Assembly: GCA_964016885.1 (NCBI GenBank)
Contig: OZ024755.1
Coordinates: 20,894,001-20,958,000 of the forward strand
Source: Eledone cirrhosa
Taxonomy: Eukaryota
Reading direction: 5' to 3'
DNA: 64,000 bases
Below, in pieces: positions 1 through 13,900 of the stretch (its first letter is position 1; the number at the start of each line of letters is the position of its first letter). The position numbers and the translations under genes were made by a program. The notes under the pieces are model-generated. The model did no database searches and had not been told where the DNA came from. It worked only from the letters and a program-made list of their open reading frames with translations.

Positions 1-278
1 CAAAGAGCTGTGAAATTTTGCGTTCGACTTGGGAAGTCTTCTCCAGAGACATCCTGTACCATCCTGCATCATTAAAGTCTTTACTCGAATTTATTGCACA
101 TTTTTACAATGACCTTCCACTAATAAAGATACTATACCATAAAATTTAATTAACAAACTCTTTTTTTTTAGCTATTTTCTGCTAAATAATTACAGGATGT
201 CAAGAGCAAAAATGTAGAATATAACTTATTATATGATTTACTTCATAATTCCAGTCAGAATTACATCTTATCTTTCAG

Positions 279-1121
279 GATGGTCCTGGTTATGACTTTC
301 ATAGAAATTTGGATGTGGATAAAGAGGCTCTTGGCCATTATTCAACGGAAATCTTCACTAGAGAAGCTGAAAATATAATTAAAACCCATAACCAATCAAA
401 TGTAAGAGGTTTTCTTTTATATATCTATTCATATACATCAACAGTTGAGTGACAAGACCTCAGACCTCATTCGCTTAACAAATGTAATGCAACTGTCATT
501 AATCCTACTCTTGGGTTCCAAATAATAGGGGAGGGGGGTAAGCAGATGGGGAGAATCAGTAATTTTTCTAAGTTGTCCCAGTTGATTTTTTTTAAAAACA
601 GAACTAGTTGTTTACTTTACATATTGAGACCCCAACCCATCCTAGGGGAAGGGGTGCGATTATTCAAGATCCAAGAGTATTTAACAGTTCTGCTTTCTAC
701 CCAATACCTTTTTATTATTTTTACTGTTTTACATTCATATTAACTTGCTGCCATTTCTAATGCAAGAGTTTTGGTAATAGTTTGACTTCTTTTATATTAC
801 TATCAGTTTTCTATAGAATTATCACCACTTTTATCCCCTTAGCCACTGTTTCTCTACCTCCCATACCAAGCTGTTCACAGTGCAGGCAGCAAACCTTATT
901 TACAAGCACCTAAAAAATATACAAAAAGATTTCCACATATCTTGAATGAACAGCGAAAGCTTTATGCTGGTAAGTTTGATTGAAATTATAGCATGAATTT
1001 ACTTGAATTTTTATTTGGATTTATGAACTAAATGGATAAAAATTGAATATTAAAGGTCAATATCGACCTTAAATCTTTAATTTTTAGAGGAATACCTTTC
1101 CCAAGTCTTCATAATTATTAT

Positions 1122-1184
<63 letters not shown>

Positions 1185-3036
1185 TTGGGGGAAGGGTCAT
1201 GACATCCTGGCCCTCTCCTGTAATATATACACACCTTCTTTTATAAGTGATATACTCTTTTTTTACATAATATACACACACTATACACTTACTTTTTTTA
1301 TATATAATATACACATGCTATTTGATATCTATTTTTCTCTAAGTACAAACATTTCTTTGTTTTGATTATCATTGAATAACAATCTGAGGTGAGGGGGTGC
1401 ATTTGTAGCAGGGGGTCCGTGGGGAAAATTCATTTAAATAAAAACGGTTCCTAGGAGGGAAAAGGTTGTGAAACACTGATATACATTAATATTTCTACCA
1501 TTTATATTTATAGGAATGTTGTCAGCTTTAGATGATGGAATTGGTAAAGTGGTTGATGCATTGAAGAGATCTGGTATGTATGACAATTCCATCATCGTAT
1601 TCTCTACAGACAATGGTGGACCAGCAAATGGTTTTAATGAGAATGCAGCATCTAACTGGCCTTTACGGTATGTATATAGAAATAATATCACAGCTCTGAT
1701 ACGATGGGGATGTGGTTACAATGTCTCAAGAAAGAATCATTGGACAGATTTTATGGTCCATCAAATAAATTTATATTTGGTGGTTCATAAAATAAATTTA
1801 TATTTTAAAAGTCTGTCTCAAGCCAGAAGGGTCGTAAAACCGGTGCTTATCCCAGTTTCAAGACTTCCCTCTGTACAGGATGCCAGTCCATTGCAGGGTT
1901 AAATACCCAGCTATTGCTAGTTCTCATTTTCAGCTGAGTATACTGAAGCAACGTGAAATGAAATGTTTTGCTCAAAAACACATGCATTCCAGCCCAATAA
2001 TTTACGATCATAAGTCCAACACCCTTACCACTAGGCCACGCGCCTCCACACATTTATATTTGATGGTCCATGAAATGAATTTATATTTGGTGGTCCATGA
2101 AATTTTCCTCATGAATCTCTTTACAACATTCATCACTGGCTCTATTTCTCTCATCCAATCACTTATTTTTCCTCAACACATATCCTAACCATCTCATTCC
2201 ATTATTTTTTTTTACAACATTCATCACTGGTTCTATTTCCATCATCCTCTGTCAACCATTGTTTGTCTTCATCTCTCTCAACAATGCTACACTCATTTAC
2301 TGAATGATTTTCATTTCTATTTTGTTCTTTATTTATTAGAGGAATGAAAAATACTTTGTGGGAAGGCGGTGTCCGTGGAGTTGGATTTCTTCACAGTCCA
2401 TTGTTAAAGAAGACTAGTTATGTTAATAACCAGATGGTCCATGTTTGTGACTGGTTGCCAACATTGTACAGAGCAGCTGGAGGAAACCCTGCTGAAGAAC
2501 CTCGAATGAAAAACCTTGATGGTTACGATCTATGGAATATGTTTTTAAATGATGGAAAAAGTGTAAGAACAGAGATTTTGCATAACATTGACCCAATACA
2601 CAAATTTGCAGCCCTAAGAGTTAATAACTACAAGCTTTTGGTGGGCCATGTAGCTGGCAGAGGTAACTGGTATCCACCATATAATGAAAGTGAGAAATAT
2701 TTATCAAACAAAATTGATGGTTGGTCTTCTCAAGAAAATGATTTCCAAATCAAAATGATGACCCAGCAAAAACCAGTAAGAGTGAATTGTGGTAGACCGA
2801 AACCTCCAGGTGCATATCATAATTGTGATGATCCAAAAAAGCCATGTCTCTTTAACATTGCCACTGATCCTTGCGAATACTACAACATAGCTGACCAAAA
2901 TCCCAAAACTGTGGAATATCTAGGAAACAGGCTTCAGAAGTATATGAAAAGCATGGTTCCACCTCTAAATAAACCTCAAGATCCTGCTGGCTTTCCAATA
3001 AATCATAAAGGTATTTGGACTCCATGGATAAAATAA
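279..3036 (+). CDS. Arylsulfatase B/I/J-like, 3' part (exons 279-401, 843-969, 1514-1667, 2340-3036; 5' exons lie upstream of window)
   Basis: Four AG/GT-bounded exons splice in frame: DGPGYDFHRN..YSTEIFT / PLFLYLPYQAVHS..LQAP / MLSALDDGIGKVV..IIVFSTDNGG..SNWPLR / GMKNTLWEGGVRG..HVCDWLPTL..CLFNIATDPCE..WTPWIK*. These are typical ARSB/ARSI/ARSJ motifs. The catalytic CxPxR exon is not in the window. Confidence 0.93.
1805..2050 (-). mobile_element. tRNA-derived SINE (CORE/Meta-like body) in arylsulfatase intron
   Basis: Head GCGTGGCCTAGTGGTAAGG (A-box-like); body AACCCTGCAATGGACTGGCATCC; flanked by ATTTATATTT. Confidence 0.75.
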
Positions 3037-5624
3037 GAACTAAGTCATCATTGTTTTCTCTTCAATCAATTATGGGTATAAATCTGAATTTATTCAGATT
3101 CTGTTTACATTGTTTGGTTAACCCCCCCACCCCCACATCAATATTATGCAATCACAAAGGAATATCTCAGATATTGATCTGTATTGATTAGTACACTATG
3201 TCTCTCTGTCATGTTTCTGAGTTGATTTCCATATTTGACTCTACTGGTCTTTTTCATGAAATTTTAATACATTTTTAACCCAATTCTTTGGATTTTTTTC
3301 TTTCACATTTAAATACAAACATATTTTACAAACTACAGGGACAATTTACAATATTTAAACAAAATATAGAAATGTTTAGTTTCTGCCATGAATTACCACA
3401 AAATAACTAGAAGCAAAGAAAGATGGTACATACACTCGTGTTATAATAATCCACTCTGTATATCTCCTAGAAAGGAAATCTGACCAAACAACAAATGTAT
3501 GACAATCTTTTAGTAATCACAAATATCATAATTGAGAGATGCATGCATTTTGGAGAACTAAATAAGAACTCATTAGTGATATAGATATACTCCTATGGAC
3601 ACAACATATACATGGGTTGGATGTCCAGCAAAAGTCCTTTATCAACCAGCTCTGTATGAACATGGGATGTTAGTTATCCTGCTGACTTCCTGAATATTCT
3701 ATGAGATCAAGATGGATGGTGTGATTAAGTTGGACAAACCCAAGCAAGCTTGACCTGATGAGAATTTTCTAGTAAATTATGTACACTGACTCAACAAACA
3801 TTCCTCAATCAAATTAACTTATGTTTGCATGATACTTTTTTTTTTGTTTATTAATCATATCTGACGGTGTCTATCTTTACAATTTATATATAATATAGTT
3901 TGCTTTAAGAAGAGCATCCAGCTGTCGAAACTAAGCCATGATACAGATCCGTATGAACAAGACATGGTCTATGGATCTGACATGTCTCATAACATGATAA
4001 TCCATCTAACCTATGTGAGCATGGAAAAATAGACATTAAATAGTGTATTCATGTATGCATACACCTAAATTTCTGTTGGTCTGACACTGGAATAGGGGAA
4101 CAAGAAAACAGTGCGGCACGTCTATACTGAGCCGTGGTCAACAGGAATAGAGGCTGTCTGTTATTCTGACAGGAACAGCAGCAGCAGTAGGGGACAAGAG
4201 AGCAGAAGTATCAGCAGCAACTGTGGTAATAACATGGAAGAGGGACGATAGAGGGAGAGACAAAAATAGATAGAAAGGGAGAAAGAGACAAAAATAGGCG
4301 TGAAGACAGCAGAAGTAACATGAGAGAGAAAAATGGTAAAGATATAGAGTTGTAGGATTTTCATATATATGTGCATGTATGGCTATACATGTATAACAGG
4401 ATTTTTTGTTAATAAATATATATTAATAATAATTGTTTCTACTTTTTGCACATGTATATTGATAATAATGTATATTAATAATAATATGTATATCAATAAT
4501 AATAAAAAATAATCTTATTTGTACATGTTTCTAAAACTTACAATGTTAGACATTTCATTTAAAGTGTACCAACATACTTTTTCACTGGACCCTTTTGATA
4601 CCAAACTACCAGAAAACACCTGTTCTATATAAAACTATTTTAAAATGTTTATATTTATCTAAAAAACACTTCCATCATCATTTTTTTGTAAGAACTTTTC
4701 TTAAGTTATATTCAAAATACCAACTTAATAATGAAAAACTTAACATTTGCATTACTCTATAATTACTATTATATTTTCTCGGTAAAGGCTTTATCTCATT
4801 TAATATCGACTCTATGAGATTTTGATAGTATTTATTTTGAGAACAATACCTTAACATCAGTATGAGCAGTCGATTACGGCCGGTATGAACAGAAAAAGGT
4901 GAGAGAATTCTGGCCAGATACAGCCGGTTTAAATGCTGAAGGGTCAAGCCATATAACTAAATCCTTCCAAATTCTTGATTATTTCCAAAATTAATTGAAA
5001 ATCATAGGTAATGTCTGTCATTGGAAATATGGTAATGAAAGGGTTGATTAAGTTTGCAGTTAAGATTTTATGAAATTCTGTAAAGATATTAATAAATAAA
5101 AGTAGAGATAAATTACATTCAATAGTGTTTTCTGAATGATTTAAAGTAATTGAGATTTCTATAAGATTAGATATGAAAAGGTTTATTCATTTAAAATGTC
5201 TTCCAAATAAAATCGTTTTATGAATTTGTTACAAGAAGAATTTAATTTCCTTAAATAAAATGAAATAAATCAGGCGTATAAAAAAAAAGAGAGGTCCTCA
5301 GTTATATGAAATCTTATAAAATCTGAAATATACAAACTGCTTTCCATGTTGGCATGGATTAGACAGGTTGTCACAATTTGAGCCAGTTCTTACTTGGAAT
5401 TGGTAGTAACAAATGTTTAATTTTATATTATCTGAAATGTTATAATTATCACATTGATAATTATAATTATTACATTGATAATTAATATTATTACATTGAT
5501 AATTATAATTATCACATTGATAATGAGTGGTAAGAAACTCCCAGGAGAACTGGACAGCAGAAGGGTCTTTAGAGAAGAAATCACCTCATGTAAGTGGTTC
5601 AGTCCCTAATGATAAAAGAGCAAA

Positions 5625-5853
5625 CACTAATCCTTTTGTGAATATATCACTAACGAAATACACTATTTCGATTAACTAATGAAACATTTTGAAGGATTTA
5701 ATAAAATTATTGATTTCATTACTAAGATAGTAACTTAACTTTTCTTATACAAAATTATGTTAAAGTTTACTTTAAATAGGAACCCCTTAAAATGTGTGGT
5801 TTTGTTTAAAAGAACCAGAGCCAGTTTTGATTAGGTTGGTACCAAAGGGTTAA
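5625..5853. mobile_element. Second TTAA-ended MITE family (also about 23050-23270 and 55070-55280)
   Basis: Shared AATGAAATACACT..CATTACTAAGATAG..AGAACCAGAGCC body ending CAAAGGGTTAA. Confidence 0.6.
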
Positions 5854-5989
5854 ATAAGAACCCTTTAAAATGGGTGGTTTTGTTTCATAAAACCACAACT
5901 GGCTTTAGCTGGGTTGGTACCAAAAAAGATTTTAAAGTAATGTAATCACAATCTGTACCAACCAATCTGTATCCATGATACAGTTGTAG

Positions 5990-5995
5990 TTTATT
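5990..5995 (-). promoter_or_regulatory. Candidate AATAAA polyadenylation signal of AlaRS
   Basis: AATAAA on the minus strand about 115 nt past the stop; weak evidence in AT-rich DNA. Confidence 0.3.
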
Positions 5996-6109
5996 TCAGA
6001 TTTAATACAGTTAAATACAAATTTATCAAATAATATCTTGATATAGTGTTTCTTATGATGGCAATATTATATTGACATTAAAATATGTCATTAACAAGGA
6101 TATTGAAAA

Positions 6110-6280
6110 TCAAGATAACTTGAGGTCAGCAAACTGCTGAGCCAACTTCATAGCTTCTTCAACAGCATTAACATTGGTTCCAGTGGCCTGTGCAGATACA
6201 TCTTTACCACCACCTTTACCATTGATACATTTTGTCACTGAATCAACCCATTCATTTGCTTTCAATGTGTTAGTAAGTTC
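6110..6280 (-). CDS. AARS1: AlaRS coding exon 22 (terminal)
   Basis: [33 protein letters not shown]; 171 nt. Confidence 0.95.
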   Translation of the reverse strand, partial: ELTNTLKANEWVDSVTKCINGKGGGKDVSAQATGTNVNAVEEAMKLAQQFADLKLS

Positions 6281-7199
6281 CTGTAACAAAGATAATAATA
6301 ACTCAATAAATTAAATAAAATTTGAAAACTGCTGGAGTTAACAGTTACAAAACTAAGACTATCTCACTAACTCCTTAACTATCACAACTATGTCACTAAC
6401 CCCTTAACTGTCACAACTACCTCACTAACTCCTTAACTATCACAACTATGTCACTAACCCCTTAACTGTCACAACTACCTCACTAACTCCTTAACTATCA
6501 CAACTATGTCACTAACTCCTTAACTGTCTCAACTAGGTCTGTATCACCAATACCTTTTCACAGATAAGTCTGTGTCACTAACACCTTAACAGGCAAAACT
6601 AGGAATGTGTCACCAATAACTTAACAGTCACAACTGTATCACCAGCACCTTCTAACAGATAAGTCTGTGTCACTAAATCTTTAACTATCACAACTAGGTC
6701 TGTATCACCAACACCTTGTCACAGATAGGTCTGTCATTAACATCTTAACAGACAAAACTGGGACTGTGTCACCAACATCTTATGCAACACCCATAATGTC
6801 AAACCACCTGAAGTCGCTGATGGTTCTATGATACAACTATTGAAATCATTGGAATAGTAGACTGGAATAAATAATAACAACAATGCAATGCAAGAAATAC
6901 GTACCTTAGGAACGTAACTCATACACAATAACTTCCCAGCATCAACAGCAAAAAATATGACAGCAGTTTGTGGACTTAGAGATTTGTATTGTTTCACAAC
7001 AGAGTCCAAAACCTGGAGAGAATAAACAAGAAATAATATAAAATAACTGAAACTAAATAGGTTTATAAGACTAATACTCTAGAAACATATCTCTTTGTAG
7101 AAACTAAATAGATTTATAGTCTAATACTCTAGACACGTTTCTCTGTGTGTATATAAATAGTAATGTATGAATGTGTATGTGCATATAGTAATGTATGCA

Positions 7200-7230
<31 letters not shown>

Positions 7231-7439
7231 GTATCATCATCATCATCATCATCAACGTTTAACGTCCGTGTTCCACGCTTGCATGGGTTTGGACGGGGGT
7301 AGTCCCACTTGAGGCAAGAGTGATTGTCTTGCTCGCATAGGACTGTCTGGCAGGTTTTCTACAGTTGGATGCCCTTCCTAACACCAACCACATTTACAGT
7401 GTGGGTCTGGGAGGTTTTTACCGTGTTGCCTACACGGCA

Positions 7440-7488
<49 letters not shown>

Positions 7489-7883
7489 TGTACATATAAG
7501 AAAAAAAAGAACACCTAATATCTCACTTTTGCAGTAGAACCAGGTTTAAATTGATGAACAATCATTCGTTGGTCTGGATTGTCAGCAATCATCTGTTTCG
7601 TTTCTTCTATAACCTGGAAATAATGAACGCATCATCTTATAATAACAGCTTTTTTATTGGCAATGATGATTATATATATATATATTTATTACAGATTAAA
7701 GTTTAAGCAACGAATCGCTGCTTTCACCTTTAATGGGATCTACTTTAATGGGTGAAAGCAGCGATTTTTTGCTTAAACTTTAATCTGGTATTTTAATAAA
7801 TATTTGCTCTATGGTTCTTATATATTTGATATATATTTATCCTTATCGAGACCTCTTTGGATTTTAGTCTTCACATTTATTAT

Positions 7884-7922
<39 letters not shown>

Positions 7923-10900
7923 AAACAGAAATAACAAAGCAAACAACACAGTACATTGAAGAGATATATTAGTTTAACACTTGAAATAACAGGAAAAGAC
8001 GTTTTAACGTTTTGGACACTAGTTCTTCATCAGAAAATAGAATTAGAAATAAAAGATAAAGAGTGAAGAGAGGAAGGAAAGGAAAAAAATGAGAAGAAAA
8101 AACACACACGTTTATTCCGTGTGTATGTATGTATGCATTTATGTGTGTGTGTTTAGGTGTATAGAGCCTGGAAGCGGTGGGAGCAGAATGAATGTTAGGA
8201 AACATTCAACACCGACAGCAGCACAACTGCGGCACTGAACGCCATGTGAAAAACAGATGCACGCGCAAGAGATACAAGCATATATGCATCCTCAAGCGCG
8301 AGCCCTGGAATGTGTGTTGGTGGTAGTAGTAGTAGTGGTGGTAAAAGTGGCAATAGTAGTAGTAATGGTGGTCGTGGTAGTAGTGGTGGTGATGGTGGTA
8401 GTAGTAGTGGTGGTAGTAAGTAGTAGTAATAGTGGTATAGTTCCAAATGATAAAAACAAAATTTGTTACCTCAGTAAGAATGGCTGCTTTTCGGGCCTTA
8501 TCTCGGTTGTCTAAAACTTTCTTGATCTCTTTTAGTTTAGACCGCAGCTGGTCCCGTTTCCAGTGACCAATACCGGACTGAGTGATGTTCTAGTAACAGA
8601 TGAAAAGGAGAAAAAAGCCAACATGAATGTATCATCATCATCATCATCATTACTGTTTAACGTCCATTTTTCCATGCTAGCATGGGTTAGGCAAAAGCAT
8701 AAAGATGTAACTAAGAAGAAAAAATGGAAATAAATATCCTCTACACGTCTTATACACACCATGCATCTCAACATACACCCACATACATCTCTCTCTCCAC
8801 CACCGGATCTGGTTACCTGGAAATTTACCCATTTGCATTGTCGAGGCTTCCAAACGACTTAAAGATATTTACCTATTATTCCACAATGCTTCAAGCAAAC
8901 TTCAATACTCTCTTAAATGGATGTGTTTTGTTAGTGTACATGAACAACAAAGTGTGAATGAGCTGTGAGAAAAACTGAACATAAGGGAAGTAAAATGTAT
9001 GCAAGAGAGATTACACTGGTACAGACATGTAATGTGTAGTATGGATGATGATTGTTGAGTGAAGAAATTCCAGGAGTTCCAAGACCAAGAAAGTCATGAG
9101 CATAAGTGGAGAAAACTGATCTCAAGAAACTGAACCTTACAAAAGGAGATGACAAACAAAATAAATGGAGAGACACCGAACGGGAGAAAACTGGTTTTAC
9201 CCATGGAAACATGGAAAAGCTGACATAAAAACAATGATGATGATATTAATGATAAAATTGATCACTTACTCCATCTAGTTGAGTAATATCTTTCGACACT
9301 TGTCTATCGTTACACTCTGGACTGTTGACTTTGTTAAATAATTCTTCAACATCTTTCTCAAATACCGATGCACGATGAATTGCCTGGCAAGAAAGAGTTT
9401 TAAAACTTTACACAAATGAATTTATAAAAACTTTTTTTTTTAAATTTTAATTCAACATTTTAAAATTTAATATGTTTAGAGGAAAAAGTAAAACATTTGA
9501 AAGGGAAAAGAAGTTCCCTCCTTTTACAAGATATTATTATAATCTGATTTATTCAATCTACTGTCTTCAACAGGTTGTTATAATCAGTGTTTCGACAGTT
9601 GCCTTCCAGCCTTCTTCAGAAGTAGAATGTTCTCATTCCTCCTCTTCATGTCCAGTATTTCCTTGTATTAATTAGTTACTAGTGATGTCACCTAGTTTGT
9701 GGTTTGAATAAAGTTCTGGATTTGAAATTCCAAGAACATTACCATATACGACAGACAACATGTGGACATTTTACCAAATATGACTGACAAGTTGAGGATA
9801 CATACAGTCCTATTGGAAGCAACTGTTTCCAAATGATTTGGCTAGACACCCAAGAGAGCCCAATCAAGGTTATGAATGTTATCCAACCATTTTTAGTTGT
9901 CTACGTTTGGGTCTCCTGCCGATGTCAGGTGGCTTTACCTGTAAAATATGTCCTATGATTCTTTCCTTTGACAAACATGAGACCGTACATAAGCAAGATA
10001 ACAGATCCCTGTCTTGTCTGGGAGATCAGTAGCCACTGCTTCAGTACTGACTTGGTCTATGTACTCCCGACCAACCCTTGCTAGCAAAGAAAGCATATGT
10101 TAAATGATGATGTCTCTAACTAAATCAGTGATTGGGAAAAAAAAACCCAAAAACCGTATTTCTTCAACATCTTTAAATCAACTAAAATATTATCAAGAGT
10201 AGAGGAATTTCTTAAACAACAGACACAAGGAAATTTATAGGAATAGATATCTGAAGGGTTAAAAAAAAGGGAACTCACTTTTTCAGCAACATTCCCAGTG
10301 ATAGCAATGATTCGACGAATTCCCTTAGCAATTGCTTCTTCTGATATAATAACCATAGTACCGATATGATCAGATCTTGTTAAATGACTGTAAAGCAGTG
10401 GGAATGGTTAATCAATAACTATGGAAATAGTAATAAGTGGAGAGGAAAAATGAAAATGTTAACATTTCATACACAACATTTTCAATAAGAAGGGTGCCTA
10501 ATGAGCTGACTGATACTTGTTCAGATGCCATTTTCTCTTTATTTCTTTAAAAATCTCTTCAAAGTTCATTACATATGAATATTCGCTTGTTATTTTACGT
10601 TTTGTTAACCCTTTAGCATTTACATTATTCTATATTTATTATAGGGCGGTGGATTGGCAGTATCAGTAGAGGGTCGGACGCCATGCTTTCCAGCATAGTT
10701 ACGTCTCTTTACGATCTGAGTTCAAATCCCGCCGAGGTTGACTTTGCCTTTCATCCTTACGGGGTCGATAAAATAAAGTACCAGTAATGCACTGGGTAAT
10801 TGCTGGCTTTGTGCCTAAAGTAGAAACAATTATTCTATATTTATTATTGTATTTTCATGGTAAAGACTTTACTTCACTTAAATATCTCACATAATATCGA

Positions 10901-13900
10901 ATCTATGAGATTTTGATATTATTTATTTTGAGAAAGTTAACCTCGGAAGTTCAAATCCTGCCAAGGTTAATTTTGCCTTTCATCCTTACGGGGTTGATAA
11001 AATAAAGTACCAGTAATGCACTGGGATAATTGCTGGCCTTGTACCAAAAGTAGAAACAATTATTTATTTTGAGAACAATACCTTAACATCAGTATCAGCG
11101 GCTGGTTACAGTATGTTTGAACAGAAAGAGGTGAGAGAATGTTGGCTGTTTACAGCCGATTTAAATGCTAAAGGGTTAACATGATTTTTTTTTTTCATTA
11201 CCAAATTCATGGCAAAACGTCTGTTACTATGATTTTTGCTGATACTTACGTGCCACCACAGAACTCAACTGAGTTAGTTGTACCACCAGGACCCAAAGGA
11301 TCTGTCACAAGGTCTTCCACTGGAATTCCAATTGATACAATCCGTACAGGATCAGGGTATACCTGGAAAAAGGTGACATAATTAGTGAATATATACATAA
11401 AAAAATATTTGATGTTATTTTTTTATGGATTAGTCTGAGAAATCATATTAAAGCTGTTGTTTACCTCATCAAACATGGCGCGGACTCCTCTGACAGATTT
11501 TGCAACTGATAGCTCAGCTTCATTCGCATAAACTAATTGTTTCTCATCAGCCAACTTATTTACACATTCTTCAGTCTTTTTCACCTGATCAACTGTCATA
11601 GCTCCCTAAAACCACAAAGAAATAGAAAAAGGAAAATTTGTATGGGATATTTCATTCACCCTGGTTCTGAGAAATCCTTAAACAGTTGTGGAAGCTGATT
11701 GGCTGCTAGTTATTACTTTTCCCACTCTTAAGACCTTCTCCACAAGCCCATCTATCTCCTTACCTCATAGCCACATCTAGTGACCCTTGCAAGGCCCTCA
11801 CCCCAACCCCACCTATCTCCTTACCTCACAGCAATCAACGTGTAGTGGCCCTCATAAGGCCCCCTCCACAACCCAAACACTTCATCTCTCACCTGTCACC
11901 TTACCCCACAGCAACATCTAGTGGTCCTCTTAAGGCTCCTGCTAGAACCCAAACACATCTCACTTCACTTCACAGTAAGTAACATCTAGTGGCCATTACC
12001 ATTCCTCCCACAATGCCACTTTTGCTATTTTCACATCTTTCCACCATTAAGTCGTCTCTCTCTCTCTCTCTTGCTGAGAACATGATTGTCTGAGGGTTGG
12101 TGCCACAATTAAATGAACCCAGTACATTCAGCAAAGCAGTAGTGCTGAGGCCAAGAGAAAATACACCCAGCTCTGTAAAGTGGTAGTGCTGGTGCCATGA
12201 TAAAACATATTCATTCTATTCTGTAAAGTGGTAGTGCAGGTGCCATGATAAAATGCTCTCACTCATTCTGTAAAGTCGCAGTGGTGATATCATGATAAAA
12301 TGTACCCAACTCACACTAAAGTGGTATAGTTGGTGCCATGATAAAATGCATCAAGTACACTCTGTAAAGTAGCAGTGTTGGTTTCCACAAGAGAATGCAC
12401 CCAGTACATGCTGTAAAGTGGTTAGCAACAGGACAAATAGACAGATGATGATGATGATGTTGATGATGAAATAATGGTTTCTTTCAACTAATCAAACTAA
12501 CCTTTGCAGTGAAATCAAAACGAAGGCGATCTGGAGCGACTAAAGAACCTTTCTGATCAGCTTCATTAAGAACTTGTCGTAAACCAAAGTTCAACATATG
12601 TGTTCCAGTATGATTCTTCATAATATTTTCTCGACGAACCTGAAGAATATAACAGACAGTACAGATACAAAATAAAGTTTTATATATAATAGATGCTGCA
12701 AATTAAATAAAATTAACTGTAGGCCTGTAATAAAACAATAACTTATCGTCGTCATTATTATCACACTCGATACTATAATTATTGGCTCAGTTCAATATAA
12801 ATTGATTTTAGGGCGTTTTAAAACAGCTTTGTAATCATTGCAGTAATTATATTTGACTTAAAAAAAAAGAAAAAACATACACACACACACAAAAGAAACC
12901 CCTACACACAGAAAAAAAATATTTGAAACAATTATTTTATGGTTGGATAAACTGATAGCATGAATGAATAGACTAAATTTCTCTTTGTTGTCTCCTTGGA
13001 GCTGAATAAATTATCACCTTTAAATGAATACACTTTAAATATGTATTGAGTTCTTTTTTTCCTAACATAGATAAGGAAACAATTTTTGTGCAATCTACTT
13101 TGAATTGAACAGTTATGCAGGCTCAAACATTTGTATATCGCAGTAGCCATCTTAACAGCAAACATTTGTATATTGCAGTAGCCATCTTAACAGCAAACAT
13201 TTGTATATTGCAGTAGCCATCTTAAGAACAAACATTTGTATATCACAGTAGCCATCTTAACAGCAAACACTTGAAATATTGACAGGCTAAGGCAAGTAAA
13301 ATGATAAATTTTTATTTAAAACATAATTAATGCTGATAACATAGATTGAACTTTTGATGATTAAGAACCAAAACTAAACCTTTAGTCTAAACCTCTGATC
13401 AGACAGATCCAAAACTAAGCCTCTAGTTTAAACCTCTGATCAATGAGAACAAAAACTAAACCTTTATTTAGTTTGCTGCTTTAACTAACTCTAAATAACA
13501 ATTCAAAGTTTATATCACAAATATTTCCAACTGATTTGTGTGTCAATTTTGAGAGACATTTAAAATAACAAAAAGTGAACCAACCTGATATATGGCCTGT
13601 GTAAGGACATCTCCAACTTCCAGAGCTCCTTCACTTACACCAATATGCAACACATAGCCCCCATAGACCTGAACATCTTTTACAAGAAATCCATCTTCCT
13701 GAAAAATAGCAATATTAATTCACAATGATTTATTAACATAGTTAATATAGCAATCAGCTTCCCTCTCATTTAAAGGTTAGTTCGCTTTGTGGTGCCAACA
13801 GCCAGAATAGAGAAGACGTTACCCCAGAGGGCAGCAAGGGAGATTCAGAAAGCTCATAGGAAGTTTATCAGAATTTTATAGTACTTGCCAAAAATCAGGT

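Noticed and set aside
1668-1902. C-terminal part of ORF 1516-1902
   Set aside because: It is read-through into an intron and a SINE; sulfatase similarity stops at the donor after 1667.
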